From positions 57,598,001 through 57,662,000 of the forward strand of contig NC_058380.1 of assembly GCF_018350175.1 (NCBI RefSeq): 64,000 nucleotides of DNA. Reading direction: 5' to 3'. The stretch comes from Felis catus (taxonomy: Eukaryota). The translations under genes were made by a program, and so were the position numbers. Shown piece after piece: positions 63,004-64,000 of this stretch. Every line of letters begins with the position of its first letter. The stretch's first letter is position 1. Below the pieces are notes generated by a model that did no database searches, was not told where the DNA came from, and saw nothing but the letters and a program-made list of their open reading frames with translations.

Positions 63004-64000
63004 AGGTGGGGAAACTGAGGTCTGGAGAGAGGTTTGTGACTTGCACATGGCCCCAAAGAAAGGGTACTTTCTTCTAATTGGTAATGATACAGTGCCCAAA
63101 AGAGGTTATCTCAGGATACGTGGAATGAAGAGAGAGAGAATCATTTTTAGAGAAAAGCTCTTTTAGTACCAGGAAGTGCAGAATTTGAAGCTTGGCAGAA
63201 CCTTCAGATATTAAACCAATCCAGTCCCCTTCCCTAACCCACCTGTTACAGTGATCCTCTCCTCAGGAAGTAATTTCTCTGCCTCTGCAGAACATTTGAA
63301 CAACATGGGGGCTCGCATCCTCCCATATTATTGTCAATATATATCAATATATTGTTGATTGCTTTTTTGCTAACTTCTTCCTGCCTCCACGGGCCCAAAG
63401 ACTCCTCTGGGCTCATGCAAAACAGACCTGCTCCCTTGTCATAGCAGCAGCCTTCAGAGCTTGAGAAATAATTGTCTTGTCCCCCAGCCCAGTTTTTCCC
63501 TCCCTGCCTCACCCTGCACTCTCTTTTCAGCCTCTTTTCTTCCCTCCCAACTGGTGAGGAGCTGGCCATAAACATCGCCTGGAACTTACCCAGCGTAGGG
63601 TGACATCTAGGCTGGGCCTGTCGCTCACGGGAAGAGAAGCCACTGGAGGGAGGAGGCTGCCAGTTTACAGGAGCAAGGCGAAATGACTGTTTCTGTTGTC
63701 ATCTGTCCATCTGGATGCTACCAAGCCATAACCAAGGAGGCCATACAGGCCTTATCTCTCAGAGCTGCTCCAGCAACAGGTAGATGCACATTTGTAACAT
63801 GGGCACATACTCTTTAACTATTGTCTGACTTCCTGGTGTCTCTAAATGACCCTAGGTATAGAGGGGTCCAAAGTACAACCACAGGTCAAAGCCCATAGAA
63901 GCTGCAGCTACTCACGGTGCCTTTGCCAGACCTTGGGGCTTAGTAAGACAACGAGACAAAGGTTAACTGTCGAGGATGAGGCTCAGCCAGGAACCTCAGC

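Noticed and set aside
3242-63004. Many 60-90 aa ORFs beginning MAQSVK..., MGQRETEHE... or similar
   Set aside because: They are translations of CAN-SINE bodies in either orientation, not genes.
1-64000. CRISPR arrays, operons or other prokaryotic systems
   Set aside because: The sequence is mammalian, and no regularly spaced repeat-spacer structure exists.

Overview
Mammalian genomic DNA, almost certainly a felid: about 21 CAN-SINEs have the SINEC_Fc-type body, and there is a felid-type L1 3' end. The window holds six olfactory-receptor (OR) genes of 317-319 aa, all on the minus strand and all apparently intact, though part of each is hidden by N-masking. All six carry the extended third extracellular loop ([12 protein letters not shown][Q/E]DLSDKL) of the OR37/MOR262 (OR2S2/OR13C-type) subfamily. 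The first two (OR2S2-like) lie in a ~7.4-kb tandem repeat whose core is near-identical but whose edges are diverged, and their protein differences cluster in a 27-bp TM3 patch. The six coding regions are patchworks of shared tracts, consistent with recurrent gene conversion. A conserved candidate promoter module (a 23-bp AT-core motif plus an O/E-like site and a homeodomain site) lies 1-4 kb upstream of five of the six genes, and a CTCF-like site lies just outside the 3' end of the array. The rest is interspersed repeats: SINEs with TSDs, L1/L2 fragments, two solo LTRs with intact termini and TSDs, MaLR/ERVL relics including a readable ERVL integrase fossil, and MER5A/MER53 elements. There is no CRISPR array, rRNA or true tRNA. 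Repeat-family names and literature links come from recall and were not checked by search.
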